A DNA stretch of 64,000 nt from Candidatus Aenigmatarchaeota archaeon (lineage in GTDB: Archaea; Aenigmatarchaeota; Aenigmatarchaeia; QMZP01). Shown piece after piece: positions 9,384-18,119 of this stretch. Position 1 is the stretch's first letter. Every line of letters begins with the position of its first letter. A program made the translations under genes and the position numbers. The notes under the pieces are model-generated. The model was not told the DNA's origin and made no database searches. It saw only the letters and a program-made list of their open reading frames with translations. The stretch lies in contig JACPNN010000021.1 of the NCBI GenBank assembly GCA_016185435.1, positions 269-64,268 of the forward strand, written 5' to 3'.

Positions 9384-10272
9384 AGAGAGAGAAAAGAAAA
9401 AGATTGGTATTGTCGACACGATGTTCTCAAGAATAGATATGGGTGCGATAGCTCTGGATGAACTTAAAAAAGCGAAAGGACTACAAATAAGTAGGAGAAC
9501 TGTTCCTGGGATAAAAGATATTGGAGTTGAATGCAAACGCTTAATCGAAGAAGATGACTGTGATGCGTGTTTGGCTTTAGGTTATGTTGGCGGTGCAGAA
9601 ATAGATAAACAATGCGCGCATGAGGCATCTCTAGCCATAATGCAAGCTAAGCTTTTAACCAACAAACATATTCTGGAGGCGTTTGTATTTGAGGACGAGG
9701 CATGGAACGAGACAGAGTTATTGGAAATTGCAGAAAATCGCGTTCGCAAGCATGCGCAAAATGCTGTTGCGATTGTAAAAAATCCAAAAGCACTTACTAA
9801 ATTTGCTGGAAGAGGAATAAGACAAGGAAAGGAAGATGAGGGAGAGATAGAAGAAACGAATAAGAAATTTGCTATGGGCGTTGTTGTTTCTGAATTTAAT
9901 AAGGATATTACTGGAAAAATGGAAAGTATCGCTAAGCAGTATGCAGAGAAAAGGGGGATTACAATAAATAGAATAATCAAAGTTCCAGGTGCATATGATA
10001 TTCCGTTAGCAGCTAAAAGATTGCTAAGCGAAAAGGATGTAGATGCAATAGTAACGCTAGGGGCAATTCTAAAAGGAGAAACAAAGCATGATGAGGTAAT
10101 TGCACAATCAACTGCTATGATGCTTTCCCAGCTAGCGTGTGAATTTAGGAAACCTGTGGCGTTAGGGATAATAGGTCCAAAAGTTACATGGGAACAGGCA
10201 AGCGAACGCGCAGAAGGCTATACAAAGCGCGCTATAGACGCTGCGATTAAATTATACGAGGCGATAAAATGA
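9376..10272 (+). CDS. ribC-ribH: Fusion of archaeal-type riboflavin synthase (RibC) and lumazine synthase (RibH)
   Basis: N-half KIGIVDTMFSRIDMG...TVPGIKD...AHEAS...AGRGIRQG; C-half VVSEFN...VPGAYDIP...LGAILKGETKHD...KPVALGIIGP. Confidence 0.88.
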   Translation: MVKEREKKKIGIVDTMFSRIDMGAIALDELKKAKGLQISRRTVPGIKDIGVECKRLIEEDDCDACLALGYVGGAEIDKQCAHEASLAIMQAKLLTNKHILEAFVFEDEAWNETELLEIAENRVRKHAQNAVAIVKNPKALTKFAGRGIRQGKEDEGEIEETNKKFAMGVVVSEFNKDITGKMESIAKQYAEKRGITINRIIKVPGAYDIPLAAKRLLSEKDVDAIVTLGAILKGETKHDEVIAQSTAMMLSQLACEFRKPVALGIIGPKVTWEQASERAEGYTKRAIDAAIKLYEAIK

Positions 10273-10428
10273 GCGTCAAGCATATTGCAAACTCTCTATT
10301 CTTCCAACACAGTTTGGCAAATTTATGGTTCATGCGTTTGTTGATGATGACAAAAAAGAGCATATCGCATTAGTGAAAAAAGTAAGAGTGATATGACAGC
10401 AGTGCGCATCCATTCAAAATGTTTTACT
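10269..10428 (+). pseudogene. ribA: Truncated, frameshifted GTP cyclohydrolase II (ribA) 5' fragment
   Basis: Across two frameshifts: MSVKHIANS/ILPTQFGKF...KEHIALVK/...AVRIHSKCFT; ends where the 10429 repeat begins. Confidence 0.8.
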
Positions 10429-10466
10429 GTCGCGCAAACCCCCTCAACTTGACCTCCTGTACAAGC
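10429..10466. repeat. Cassette-boundary repeat copy R1
   Basis: GTCGCGCAAACCCCCTCAACTTGACCTCCTGTACAAGC. Confidence 0.9.
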
Positions 10467-10609
10467 GAATTCCAGTTGATTGGCAGGATACAGAGCACAA
10501 ATCCTGCAGTCTGCAATCCATTGGACGGCAGGAAATTTTTCGTGAAAAAGGCCGTATTGGCCATCCTTGCAAAGGCCGTTTTCGGCATGATATGAAATGG
10601 TACAAGAAA

Positions 10610-10666
10610 TACCATGATTTTGGTAAAGTATTTAAATATCAGAAAGAATATACCATTAAAGTGGTA
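10610..10666 (+). promoter_or_regulatory. Two palindromic operators TACCA-N6-TGGTA flanking a TATA box
   Basis: 10610-10625 and 10651-10666 on either side of TTTAAATA, just upstream of ATG 10670. Confidence 0.7.
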
Positions 10667-10669
10667 AAA

Positions 10670-11158
10670 ATGGTCTCAGTGGAAACATTGATGAAGGAAG
10701 GCAAAGTAAGCAGGATAAGGGAGCTTGAAGTGGAAAGATACGTGAATTTCTTTGAGAATTCATACAGGGACAATCTGGGGCACTGCATGTTCAGCCTAAA
10801 GGAATTCCCGAGATGGAGCATCATTTCAGGGTATTACGCCATGCACGACATCACTAAGCTGCTTATTGCAAAGAAGTACAGGCTGAAAATAGAGCTGGAA
10901 GTTCATGCAACCACCATAAAAGTCCTGAAGGAATTATTGGGGGACAGGGTAATTCTGCGGCTGATCGAGAGGGGATACAGGGAATTCATTTCTTTGGCCA
11001 ACGATCTTGCCGAAGCAAAGAGGCAGCGAACTCGGGCGCAATATTACACAGGCACAGAATACATGAAAGAGCATTTCGGAAAGATGTCCGAAGAGTTCCT
11101 TGCTGCAACAGTCAATCCGTACGTGCAACGCATCAGAAAGCTCCTGGAGGCGGCGTGA
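10670..11158 (+). CDS. HEPN-domain protein
   Basis: SGYYAMH, HATT, RTRAQY (Rx4Y variant); coupled to downstream MNT. Confidence 0.8.
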   Translation: MVSVETLMKEGKVSRIRELEVERYVNFFENSYRDNLGHCMFSLKEFPRWSIISGYYAMHDITKLLIAKKYRLKIELEVHATTIKVLKELLGDRVILRLIERGYREFISLANDLAEAKRQRTRAQYYTGTEYMKEHFGKMSEEFLAATVNPYVQRIRKLLEAA

Positions 11159-11160
11159 TT

Positions 11161-11724
11161 ATGATAAGCCAGATATTCGACAGCGGGTCCTTCAAAGTGC
11201 TGGCGCTGTTTGCGCTGTCGCCGGGCTCGAGGTTCAGGAGAAAGGAGATAAAGGAAAGGATAAAGTTACACAATGTGCCGCTGGATAAATCTCTTTCCAA
11301 GCTTGCCAGTTCGGGCATGATAAAAAAAGAAGGCGCCTACTATTCCATAAACTTTGGAAACAGTCAAACGGAAAATGTCATAACCATTGTTGCACAACAG
11401 CATAAGCAGCTGAAAAACATCCCGCTGGATGTCCACTTGCTGCTTGCTGATATTGCTGCAGAGATCGCTGCCATCAAAGGGCTGGAGATCTGGCTTTTCG
11501 GCTCTTATTCAAAGCTGGTATACAGCGAAAAATCAGATGTGGATGTTGCGGTTCTCGGGCCGGAAAGCATCGATAAGCAGCGCATCAGAAGGCTTTTCAA
11601 AAGGCTGGAAAGGCATTACGGCAAAGAGATAGGGGAGCATTTTTTCGAGCTGCATGCCTTTTACAGGAATAAAAAGGACCCGCTCGTGAAGGAGATACTG
11701 CAACATGGGATACGTCTTCTATAG
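11161..11724 (+). CDS. wHTH + minimal nucleotidyltransferase (MNT) antitoxin
   Basis: N-terminal wHTH-like region; LFGSYSK...SDVDV pol-beta motif. Confidence 0.85.
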   Translation: MISQIFDSGSFKVLALFALSPGSRFRRKEIKERIKLHNVPLDKSLSKLASSGMIKKEGAYYSINFGNSQTENVITIVAQQHKQLKNIPLDVHLLLADIAAEIAAIKGLEIWLFGSYSKLVYSEKSDVDVAVLGPESIDKQRIRRLFKRLERHYGKEIGEHFFELHAFYRNKKDPLVKEILQHGIRLL

Positions 11725-11785
11725 CCTCAAAATTTGCTGACAATCATTGTCATCCGGCCACATTTTTGAAATCGTCCATTAGTTT

Positions 11786-11824
11786 GTCGCACACATCCCT
11801 TTCAACTTAACCTCCTGTGCAAGC
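11786..11824. repeat. Cassette-boundary repeat copy R2
   Basis: GTCGCACACATCCCTTTCAACTTAACCTCCTGTGCAAGC. Confidence 0.9.
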
Positions 11825-11870
11825 ACAATGGTAGGTTAAGCCAGCAGGCTGTTTATGTTTTATTGGATAA

Positions 11871-12635
11871 TTAAATTTTTGATTGTAAAGTTTTTTCCGA
11901 AGCGGAAATCAAATCGCAATACCAAAAGCCAGTTGTGGGATGTGTATTTGTTCCGCAAGCATAACCCGTATCATTTTCTTTCTTTGGTTGTGGAACATAT
12001 TTGCGATATACGGTTTCGCCTTTTGTGAATTGAAGTGATTTTTGGAAAATAGGACCATCATAAACGAAAGTATGAAACTCTCCGTATTCACCGCAAGGGT
12101 CAATTTTTTCGGGCAAGTCATTTAAAAAATGTTGGTCAAATTCTCTGCCGGCAAAGGATTGGTCCAGATGTTTTTCATCCACACAAATTATTATGGCTTT
12201 AAATGCTAAATCAATAAATTCCTTGGCTAATTGTTTGGTTGAAAGCTGCCAGAGAGGAAATACGCCTTTGAAATCAGCAAGGGCTAACTGTTCCTCCCTG
12301 TATTTTCGCAGGTCGGCTAAAAAAATATCTCCGAAAACAGCATGATGAATATTTTCTTGCTTGAAATTGTAAAGTGCGTCTGACATCATTTGATTGTATG
12401 TTTCCATTGTGGGCCAGTCGGGCATAACGAGTTTGTGCAAAGGAATTCCAATGCTGTGGGCTTGCTGTTCTAATAGTTCTGCACGAACGCCGTGCATTGA
12501 AATGCGATTATATTTCTCACTGATAGAAGTTACCAAATATGGAATTTCGTATTCTCCGTTTTGTAAAATTTTATGGAGTGCAAGAGAAGAATCTTTTCCA
12601 CCGCTCCAGTTGAATATGGCTTTTGGTTTTGTCAT
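11871..12635 (-). CDS. Dph6/MJ0570-related PP-loop ATP pyrophosphatase
   Basis: WSGGKDS, ISMHGVR, FGDIFL, FPLW, DPCGEYGEFHTFVYDGPIF. Confidence 0.9.
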   Translation of the reverse strand: MTKPKAIFNWSGGKDSSLALHKILQNGEYEIPYLVTSISEKYNRISMHGVRAELLEQQAHSIGIPLHKLVMPDWPTMETYNQMMSDALYNFKQENIHHAVFGDIFLADLRKYREEQLALADFKGVFPLWQLSTKQLAKEFIDLAFKAIIICVDEKHLDQSFAGREFDQHFLNDLPEKIDPCGEYGEFHTFVYDGPIFQKSLQFTKGETVYRKYVPQPKKENDTGYACGTNTHPTTGFWYCDLISASEKTLQSKI

Positions 12636-12671
12636 AGATTATTTTATTTGCCCGTTTCATCCATCCGAAAG

Positions 12672-12710
12672 GTCGCACACCCCCCCCTCAACTTGACCTC
12701 CTGTGCAAAC
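12672..12710. repeat. Cassette-boundary repeat copy R3
   Basis: GTCGCACACCCCCCCCTCAACTTGACCTCCTGTGCAAAC. Confidence 0.9.
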
Positions 12711-12786
12711 TAATGCGAAAAAATATCTTCTTAACCCCATAAAAACCAAAATTAAAATGGGGGCAAGCCAGCAAATGCCGGAAGAA

Positions 12787-12927
12787 TCAGCCGCCAATCC
12801 TGAACATCTTTGTGCCGCACTTCGGGCACGAACCCTTGATTGCAGCCTTCTTGTTCTTCAGTGTCACTTTCTGCGGATTGCTCATCTCTCTTTTTGCCTT
12901 GCACTTCACACAGTATGCCTGTGTCAT
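12787..12927 (-). CDS. 46-aa basic zinc-ribbon protein (DUF5679-like)
   Basis: Manual: MTQAYCVKCKAKREMSNPQKVTLKNKKAAIKGSCPKCGTKMFRIGG; GAGGTGAT RBS upstream; below ORF-track cutoff. Confidence 0.85.
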   Translation of the reverse strand: MTQAYCVKCKAKREMSNPQKVTLKNKKAAIKGSCPKCGTKMFRIGG

Positions 12928-13123
12928 CAAATCACCTCATGATTTAACCTGGCAAACATTTTCATGAATGCCGAAGATAGACTATTTTCAAAGGGCTACT
13001 TATAAAGATATGCAGGAATCTGTTCACATATTTTTACTATCTGGAAGTTGTCCTCTGGCCACAGTGTTAACGCCAAATGGGGCCAGACACGCCTATTTAT
13101 CCTCTCAATAACAGAATTTAACC

Positions 13124-13345
13124 ATGTCAAATCTCCCACTGGCCACCTTCGAGAAGATCCTCAAAGCCAGCAAACAGGGAATAAGGGTCAGCGACAAGGC
13201 CACAAAGGAGTTCATCGGGGCCATAGACAGCATCGCAAAGGAGATAGCGTCAGAGGCCAGCACGCTTGCCGAGCACGCCAACAGGAAGACAATAATGGAC
13301 TCCGATGTCAAGCTGGCCGTCAGGAAGTTCATGGAGAAGAAGTGA
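13124..13345 (+). CDS. Archaeal histone
   Basis: LPLATFEKILK...IRVS...AEHANRKTIMDSDVKLA histone-fold signature. Confidence 0.93.
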   Translation: MSNLPLATFEKILKASKQGIRVSDKATKEFIGAIDSIAKEIASEASTLAEHANRKTIMDSDVKLAVRKFMEKK

Positions 13346-13346
13346 T

Positions 13347-13643
13347 CTAAACCGATGAGGATGCGGCCACAAGGTTTTTGCGGAGTCTGCCGTCTTTGAA
13401 ATAAGCATAAGCTGCTTCTACCTGTTCTTGTATAGTATCTTTCCAGAAAGGATGCTCATCAGGCAGGGTGTTCACATAGCCGAATGCTTTTTCCATTTCT
13501 TCTATCTGCTGGCTGTCAAGAGGACCGTCATCCAGAACCAAGTCATAGGCACCCTTTTTCTGGAGCTCCCAAATTTCATACTGCCTTACAGCAGTCTGCA
13601 CACAAAATATATGTGCTCGATGAGATTTGGCATCCTCTTGCAT
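13347..13643 (-). CDS. Hypothetical protein
   Basis: 98-aa ORF filling the gap, plausible composition. Confidence 0.55.
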   Translation of the reverse strand: MQEDAKSHRAHIFCVQTAVRQYEIWELQKKGAYDLVLDDGPLDSQQIEEMEKAFGYVNTLPDEHPFWKDTIQEQVEAAYAYFKDGRLRKNLVAASSSV

Positions 13644-13679
13644 CGTCTATATTGAAATGAAGCATTAAAAACCTGAAAC

Positions 13680-14807
13680 TCATTCTCCTTCCAGAGCCTT
13701 CACAATCCTCTGGTGCGTCCTCTCTATGATTTCCCCTTCAGCGCCTGTGTTGATTATTATGCACCTTGCCCTTTCCATCTCCTTCCTGAAGAACCTCTCC
13801 TGCCTCCTGTCATCCCTCACGAGCAGATAGGGGTTGTACCAGGGCTCTTTTCCCATCTTCCCCCACATCTCCCTGGGGCCAGCCCCCGGCCTTATCATGT
13901 ATTCCCCTGATCTTAAAATCTCAATCGCCTTGTCAGGGTCGAGCTCCTCGTATGCCGGGCTTTTATTGTCCCTTCTCAGCAGGACTATGAGATCCAATGG
14001 CGCCTGCTCCGCAACCCTGCCCGAAGACAGGACATGCCTGTCAGCAATGGCCCTTGCATTCGCGAAGCCCCAGAAGCAGCATCCGTGCCCCATTTCAATT
14101 CCGCAAATATCCCCTTTTTCATGGCTGCACTCGCCCCTTTTTTCTATCACATTCTCGCATTTGCTTTTTTGCAGAATAGGAATGAGCCATTTCTGTTCCC
14201 TGGCATTCTCAGTCCTTATGTACAGCTTCCTTTCAGGCTGGACAGCTGAAAGATCTTTCCTCCTCTGGTCAATATGCACCCAGTCATCGCCTATCAGCCT
14301 GCCTTTCTCGGACATGAAAATCACGGATGTCTGCGTCGTCTTTCCTGTCCCTGTCGGAGCGACTATAATCACGCCCTTTCCATTATAGACTGCGCTTGCC
14401 GCATGTATGGAATGTATCCCATCAGCCTCCATTATCTTCGAGGCCATCCCCAGGGCCCAGCTCTTGCACTGGCCGTAGTATTCCGTGTTGACAAACACAG
14501 CAGTGTCTAGCTCTCCGCAATACTTTGCGGATGGCTTCTGGCCCCCTATCCCGTTCACTGAATAAATTACAGCGTCAGGCCTTGCCTTGGAAGATTTGTT
14601 CCAGTTTTCTGTCCAGAAGTCATGCTGATGCAGACTATTGGTTATCAGGCGCACGCATATCCCATTTATATCCGCATCAGAGGCAAAGGATTTTGATTTT
14701 CTGAGCTGCTCCTCGGCCATAAGGACAGATTCCTTCACAGATTCTTTGGCTGCACTTTTCTCCGACTCAACCCTGGCCTTCGAGGCCGTGGCGTAATTCG
14801 ACAGCAT
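13680..14807 (-). CDS. HPr kinase/PEPCK-like P-loop protein
   Basis: IHAASAVYNGKGVIIVAPTGTGKTT and LIGDDW. Confidence 0.8.
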   Translation of the reverse strand: MLSNYATASKARVESEKSAAKESVKESVLMAEEQLRKSKSFASDADINGICVRLITNSLHQHDFWTENWNKSSKARPDAVIYSVNGIGGQKPSAKYCGELDTAVFVNTEYYGQCKSWALGMASKIMEADGIHSIHAASAVYNGKGVIIVAPTGTGKTTQTSVIFMSEKGRLIGDDWVHIDQRRKDLSAVQPERKLYIRTENAREQKWLIPILQKSKCENVIEKRGECSHEKGDICGIEMGHGCCFWGFANARAIADRHVLSSGRVAEQAPLDLIVLLRRDNKSPAYEELDPDKAIEILRSGEYMIRPGAGPREMWGKMGKEPWYNPYLLVRDDRRQERFFRKEMERARCIIINTGAEGEIIERTHQRIVKALEGE

Positions 14808-14937
14808 AAGACTATTTCATAATGCGAAATAGAAGTTAAAAAGGTATGCCGAAATCATGTACAACTAAGTGTGCTATATAAGCATGCTCAACCAATTATA
14901 TTAGAGAATTAGTTTTTTGCTAATTCTTGGTCGAAAC

Positions 14938-15228
14938 ATGAAAATAACAGACCTGAAGCCAGGGATGAACAGGGTCAACCTCGAGGCCAAGATCGACCAG
15001 CTTGATGAGACCCAGGAAGTGATGACAAAGTTCGGCATAGTGGCCAAGCTCACAAACATCATGATATCCGACGATTCAGGCAAGATAAAGCTTGTCATCT
15101 GGGGCGACACCCCTGTAGGGATAAAGAAGGGCAGCAAGCTGGACATAAAGAATGCGTTTGTCAAGGCCTTCAGGGGGGAGAAGCAGATCGGAGTCGCAAG
15201 GAGCGGGAAGATAGAAGTCGTCAAGTGA
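14938..15228 (+). CDS. ssb: Single-OB-fold ssDNA-binding protein
   Basis: KITDLKPGM..VNLEAKI, ISDDSGKIKLVIWG, IKNAFVKAFRG. Confidence 0.88.
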   Translation: MKITDLKPGMNRVNLEAKIDQLDETQEVMTKFGIVAKLTNIMISDDSGKIKLVIWGDTPVGIKKGSKLDIKNAFVKAFRGEKQIGVARSGKIEVVK

Positions 15229-15330
15229 AAGTTTCTCATCCTTGAATTTCCAGCCTTATCAGGGCGCTCTGCCTCAGCCTTCCCGGAAAACATGATCAGG
15301 CACTTGCCGATGCCCTGCCTCATGACTCTT

Positions 15331-16153
15331 TTAGGTGATTAGGTCATTTCCGGACCAAATTACCTCCTTTTGTTATATTGACCAACAACTTAAAAACATC
15401 TTCGTTCCGGTGGTTGAACCGGAACTCCATTTCCTTCAGATAGAACGGATAGTTGACCATGTTGATGCCGTGATATTTGTGGAATCGTTCCTTGGCATAT
15501 GACCAGAATCCTTCTATGCCATTGATGTGATTGTGGGACTTGCCAAAAGTGTATCCATGATTGATTTTGTTGTGCTTGCCGAACTGTTTCAGGGACTTGT
15601 ATGACTTGAAGTAGTCTGTGTAGAACACAGAACCCTTCACAGACTTCTTCTTTATCTCACCCATCAGCGTCTTGGCTTTGACATTGATCACGACTTTGGT
15701 GTAGACCTTGCCATTGCGTTCCAGTATGCCGAATACGATAGCCTTGTTGAATGCCCCACGACCTCTCTTGCCCTTCCTCTTGCCGCCGAAATATGTCTCG
15801 TCAAGCTCCAGTTGTCCGGCGAGCTTAACGAATTCCTGGTCTAGATGCGCCATTATGGACATTCTGAAATCCATGTATCGGGCATGAACGGTCCTATACG
15901 GCACTGAAAGCTCTTTGGCGGCTTTGAGCGCTGATACTTCGATATAGAAGTAGTACAGAATCTCCAGGTCTCTCCTTAACTTGTGCAGGCTGTATGCACG
16001 TCTGCAATGTCTGCATTTTTTCCTTCCGTCGGCAAGTTTGTACAGGCCGTACTTGCCGCAGTAGAAGCACTTTTTGCCGTTGAAAATGTTGTCTGGCACT
16101 CTTTTCGATAGCATTATACCCTTTTTTGGTACGGAACTTTATCAATCACCTAA
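15331..16153 (-). mobile_element. IS1595-family insertion sequence
   Basis: Imperfect terminal inverted repeats TTAGGTGATT...TTCCGKACCAAA at both ends enclosing the transposase. Confidence 0.85.
15344..16114 (-). CDS. IS1595 (ISXO2-like) DDE transposase
   Basis: Zn finger CFYC/CRHC, ELDETYFGG, YTDYFKSY, INGIEGFWS, KEMEFRFNHR. Confidence 0.93.
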   Translation of the reverse strand: MLSKRVPDNIFNGKKCFYCGKYGLYKLADGRKKCRHCRRAYSLHKLRRDLEILYYFYIEVSALKAAKELSVPYRTVHARYMDFRMSIMAHLDQEFVKLAGQLELDETYFGGKRKGKRGRGAFNKAIVFGILERNGKVYTKVVINVKAKTLMGEIKKKSVKGSVFYTDYFKSYKSLKQFGKHNKINHGYTFGKSHNHINGIEGFWSYAKERFHKYHGINMVNYPFYLKEMEFRFNHRNEDVFKLLVNITKGGNLVRK

Positions 16154-16195
16154 TTTTTTTTATATCTTCTTAATCCAGTTTCTTCATGATTACCA

Positions 16196-17407
16196 ATGGA
16201 AGCCTTTGCATACATGCTGGGCAAGAACCGCATACTTTCCATAGCGGAGCTTGCCAGCCATTTCCATTTCAATGGCATCGGGTTCAGGGTCCTTGAAAAC
16301 AGGCAGGATTTCTTCATAGCCGAGTCTGAGAGGCCCGCTGATGCTAATGCGCTTGGAGGGCTGATAAAGGCCGCTGAAATACGGAATGTGATAGGCAGAA
16401 AAGAATTGCCAGGGTTCCTTAAGCATGATTCTGATATGAATTTATTTTTCATAAAAACAGATGATAGCAGGCTTGTCTTTGGAGTGAGCATCTATCCATG
16501 GAGCAGGAAGAATATAGAGCTCCACAAGAGAATCAGCCTCATAATAAAGAAGAGGCTGAGGGAAGAGGGCCTCAAGGCCCATTATTTCAACCTGCCAAAG
16601 GACAGGTGCTCTCTGACGCATGTGGAGGTAATCAGGCAGGAAATCATTGAAAAATCATTCGAAATTGTTCTTCTTATTTGTGATAGCAGGATATACATAG
16701 GAAAAACAGTTGGCTGCCATAACCCCTTTGAATTCCAGAAAAGGGATGTGGAGAGGCCGGTTGTGAGAAGCGAATTGTCCACTTCCCCAAGGCTCTCAAG
16801 GATTCTTATCAATTTGACCGGCTACAGAAAAGGGGACAAACTTATAGACCCCTTCTGCGGAACAGGGACAATCCTTCAGGAGGCGGCTGTGATGGGACTT
16901 GATTTCTATGGCCTTGATCTGGACAAGAATATGGCTGATGCCGGCAGAAAGAACCTGTATTGGATTTCAGAAAAATATAAACTGAACCTTGAAAATCTGC
17001 ACGAAAAAATAAAGCAGGGCGATGCGAGAAATTCTTCAGATGTTTTCCCAAACAACGGATTCGATGCGATAGCGACCGAGCCTTATCTGGGGCCTTTGCT
17101 GAAGAGGAGGCCGGACTTGAATCATGCAAAAGGGATAATAAGGGAAATAGAGCCTTTATATGAGGCTTTCCTTAAGGAAGCACATAAGATTCTCAGGCCA
17201 GGAGGCAGGATTTCGATCGTCTCCCCCAGATTCATCACAGAAAAAGGCATAGTCAGGCTGGAGACAGAAAGGCTCGCAGGAAAATCCGGCCTGCAGCCCT
17301 TTGACATACTGCAGTTGTACAAAATAAATCATCCGCACCCCCTTACAGATTTCGAGGAGGGCCAGTTCCTTGGGAGGGAGATACATATTTTCGAGAAGGC
17401 TGAATGA
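16196..17407 (+). CDS. Trm11-like tRNA methyltransferase
   Basis: SPRLSRILINL, IDPFCGTGTIL, ATEPYLG. Confidence 0.8.
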   Translation: MEAFAYMLGKNRILSIAELASHFHFNGIGFRVLENRQDFFIAESERPADANALGGLIKAAEIRNVIGRKELPGFLKHDSDMNLFFIKTDDSRLVFGVSIYPWSRKNIELHKRISLIIKKRLREEGLKAHYFNLPKDRCSLTHVEVIRQEIIEKSFEIVLLICDSRIYIGKTVGCHNPFEFQKRDVERPVVRSELSTSPRLSRILINLTGYRKGDKLIDPFCGTGTILQEAAVMGLDFYGLDLDKNMADAGRKNLYWISEKYKLNLENLHEKIKQGDARNSSDVFPNNGFDAIATEPYLGPLLKRRPDLNHAKGIIREIEPLYEAFLKEAHKILRPGGRISIVSPRFITEKGIVRLETERLAGKSGLQPFDILQLYKINHPHPLTDFEEGQFLGREIHIFEKAE

Positions 17408-17495
17408 TGCGGTTTCAATTCTTATGCGAGGTGGAGACTCTTATTTCACAGAAGGCTGCTGAAACCCGGGAAAAATGACAGCCAAACATATCGGT

Positions 17496-18119
17496 TTACA
17501 AAGTATCTGACCACAATTCGTCAACAGTGTAGCTTATTTTGTTCTGTTTGAGAAAGCCCAGTATTTGTTCCCTGTTTTCCATTGGAATCAGGATGACGGC
17601 TTTCCCCAGTTTTTTGCCCTTGAACTTTTTAACCAGGCCCATTCCGGTATAAACCTTGTTTCCAACCTTCTGCTTATATCCATACAGCTTCCTCCATATC
17701 CTCATTTGCCTGGACGGCCCGATGCCTTTCAAACTCATCTTTATCAGCATATAATAACAGATTTTTTCCGGCATTTCATTATACTTCCCATACAGCAATA
17801 TTCCAGAGCTTATTACCTCCCTTCTTAAAGACCATTCTCTAAGATTTCCGACTTTGACCGTGATTTCATTGGCTACTCCTTTCAGCTTCCAGATTTCATA
17901 AATGCTGGACATTCTGAAGAGAGACAGCAGTTTATCAACCTCCTTTTCAATGTCCACATGCGTATCTACAAACAGATCCACATCACTTTCCTCATCAAAG
18001 TCACCTCTCGCGACAGAGCCAAAAAGGATTATTTTGTCTATTTTATCGGCTATTTTGCTGTCCAGCAAGAACGAGGCAAAACTCATGGCATAACCCATCA
18101 GACTATTTCTCTCCGCCAT
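17496..18119 (-). CDS. MNT nucleotidyltransferase with extra C-terminal domain
   Basis: ILFGSVARG...SDVDLFVD; C-terminal RKLYGY...KKLGKAVILIP domain. Confidence 0.85.
   Translation of the reverse strand: MAERNSLMGYAMSFASFLLDSKIADKIDKIILFGSVARGDFDEESDVDLFVDTHVDIEKEVDKLLSLFRMSSIYEIWKLKGVANEITVKVGNLREWSLRREVISSGILLYGKYNEMPEKICYYMLIKMSLKGIGPSRQMRIWRKLYGYKQKVGNKVYTGMGLVKKFKGKKLGKAVILIPMENREQILGFLKQNKISYTVDELWSDTL

Noticed and set aside
12787-12927. C-terminal GG as a ubiquitin/Pup-like modifier for the PafA homolog
   Set aside because: Zinc-ribbon protein, neither beta-grasp nor disordered; PafA chemistry needs a terminal Glu/Gln
17412-17466. GTTTCAATTC... CRISPR-repeat-like word
   Set aside because: Single occurrence; only a 7-bp inverted repeat with TGAAACC
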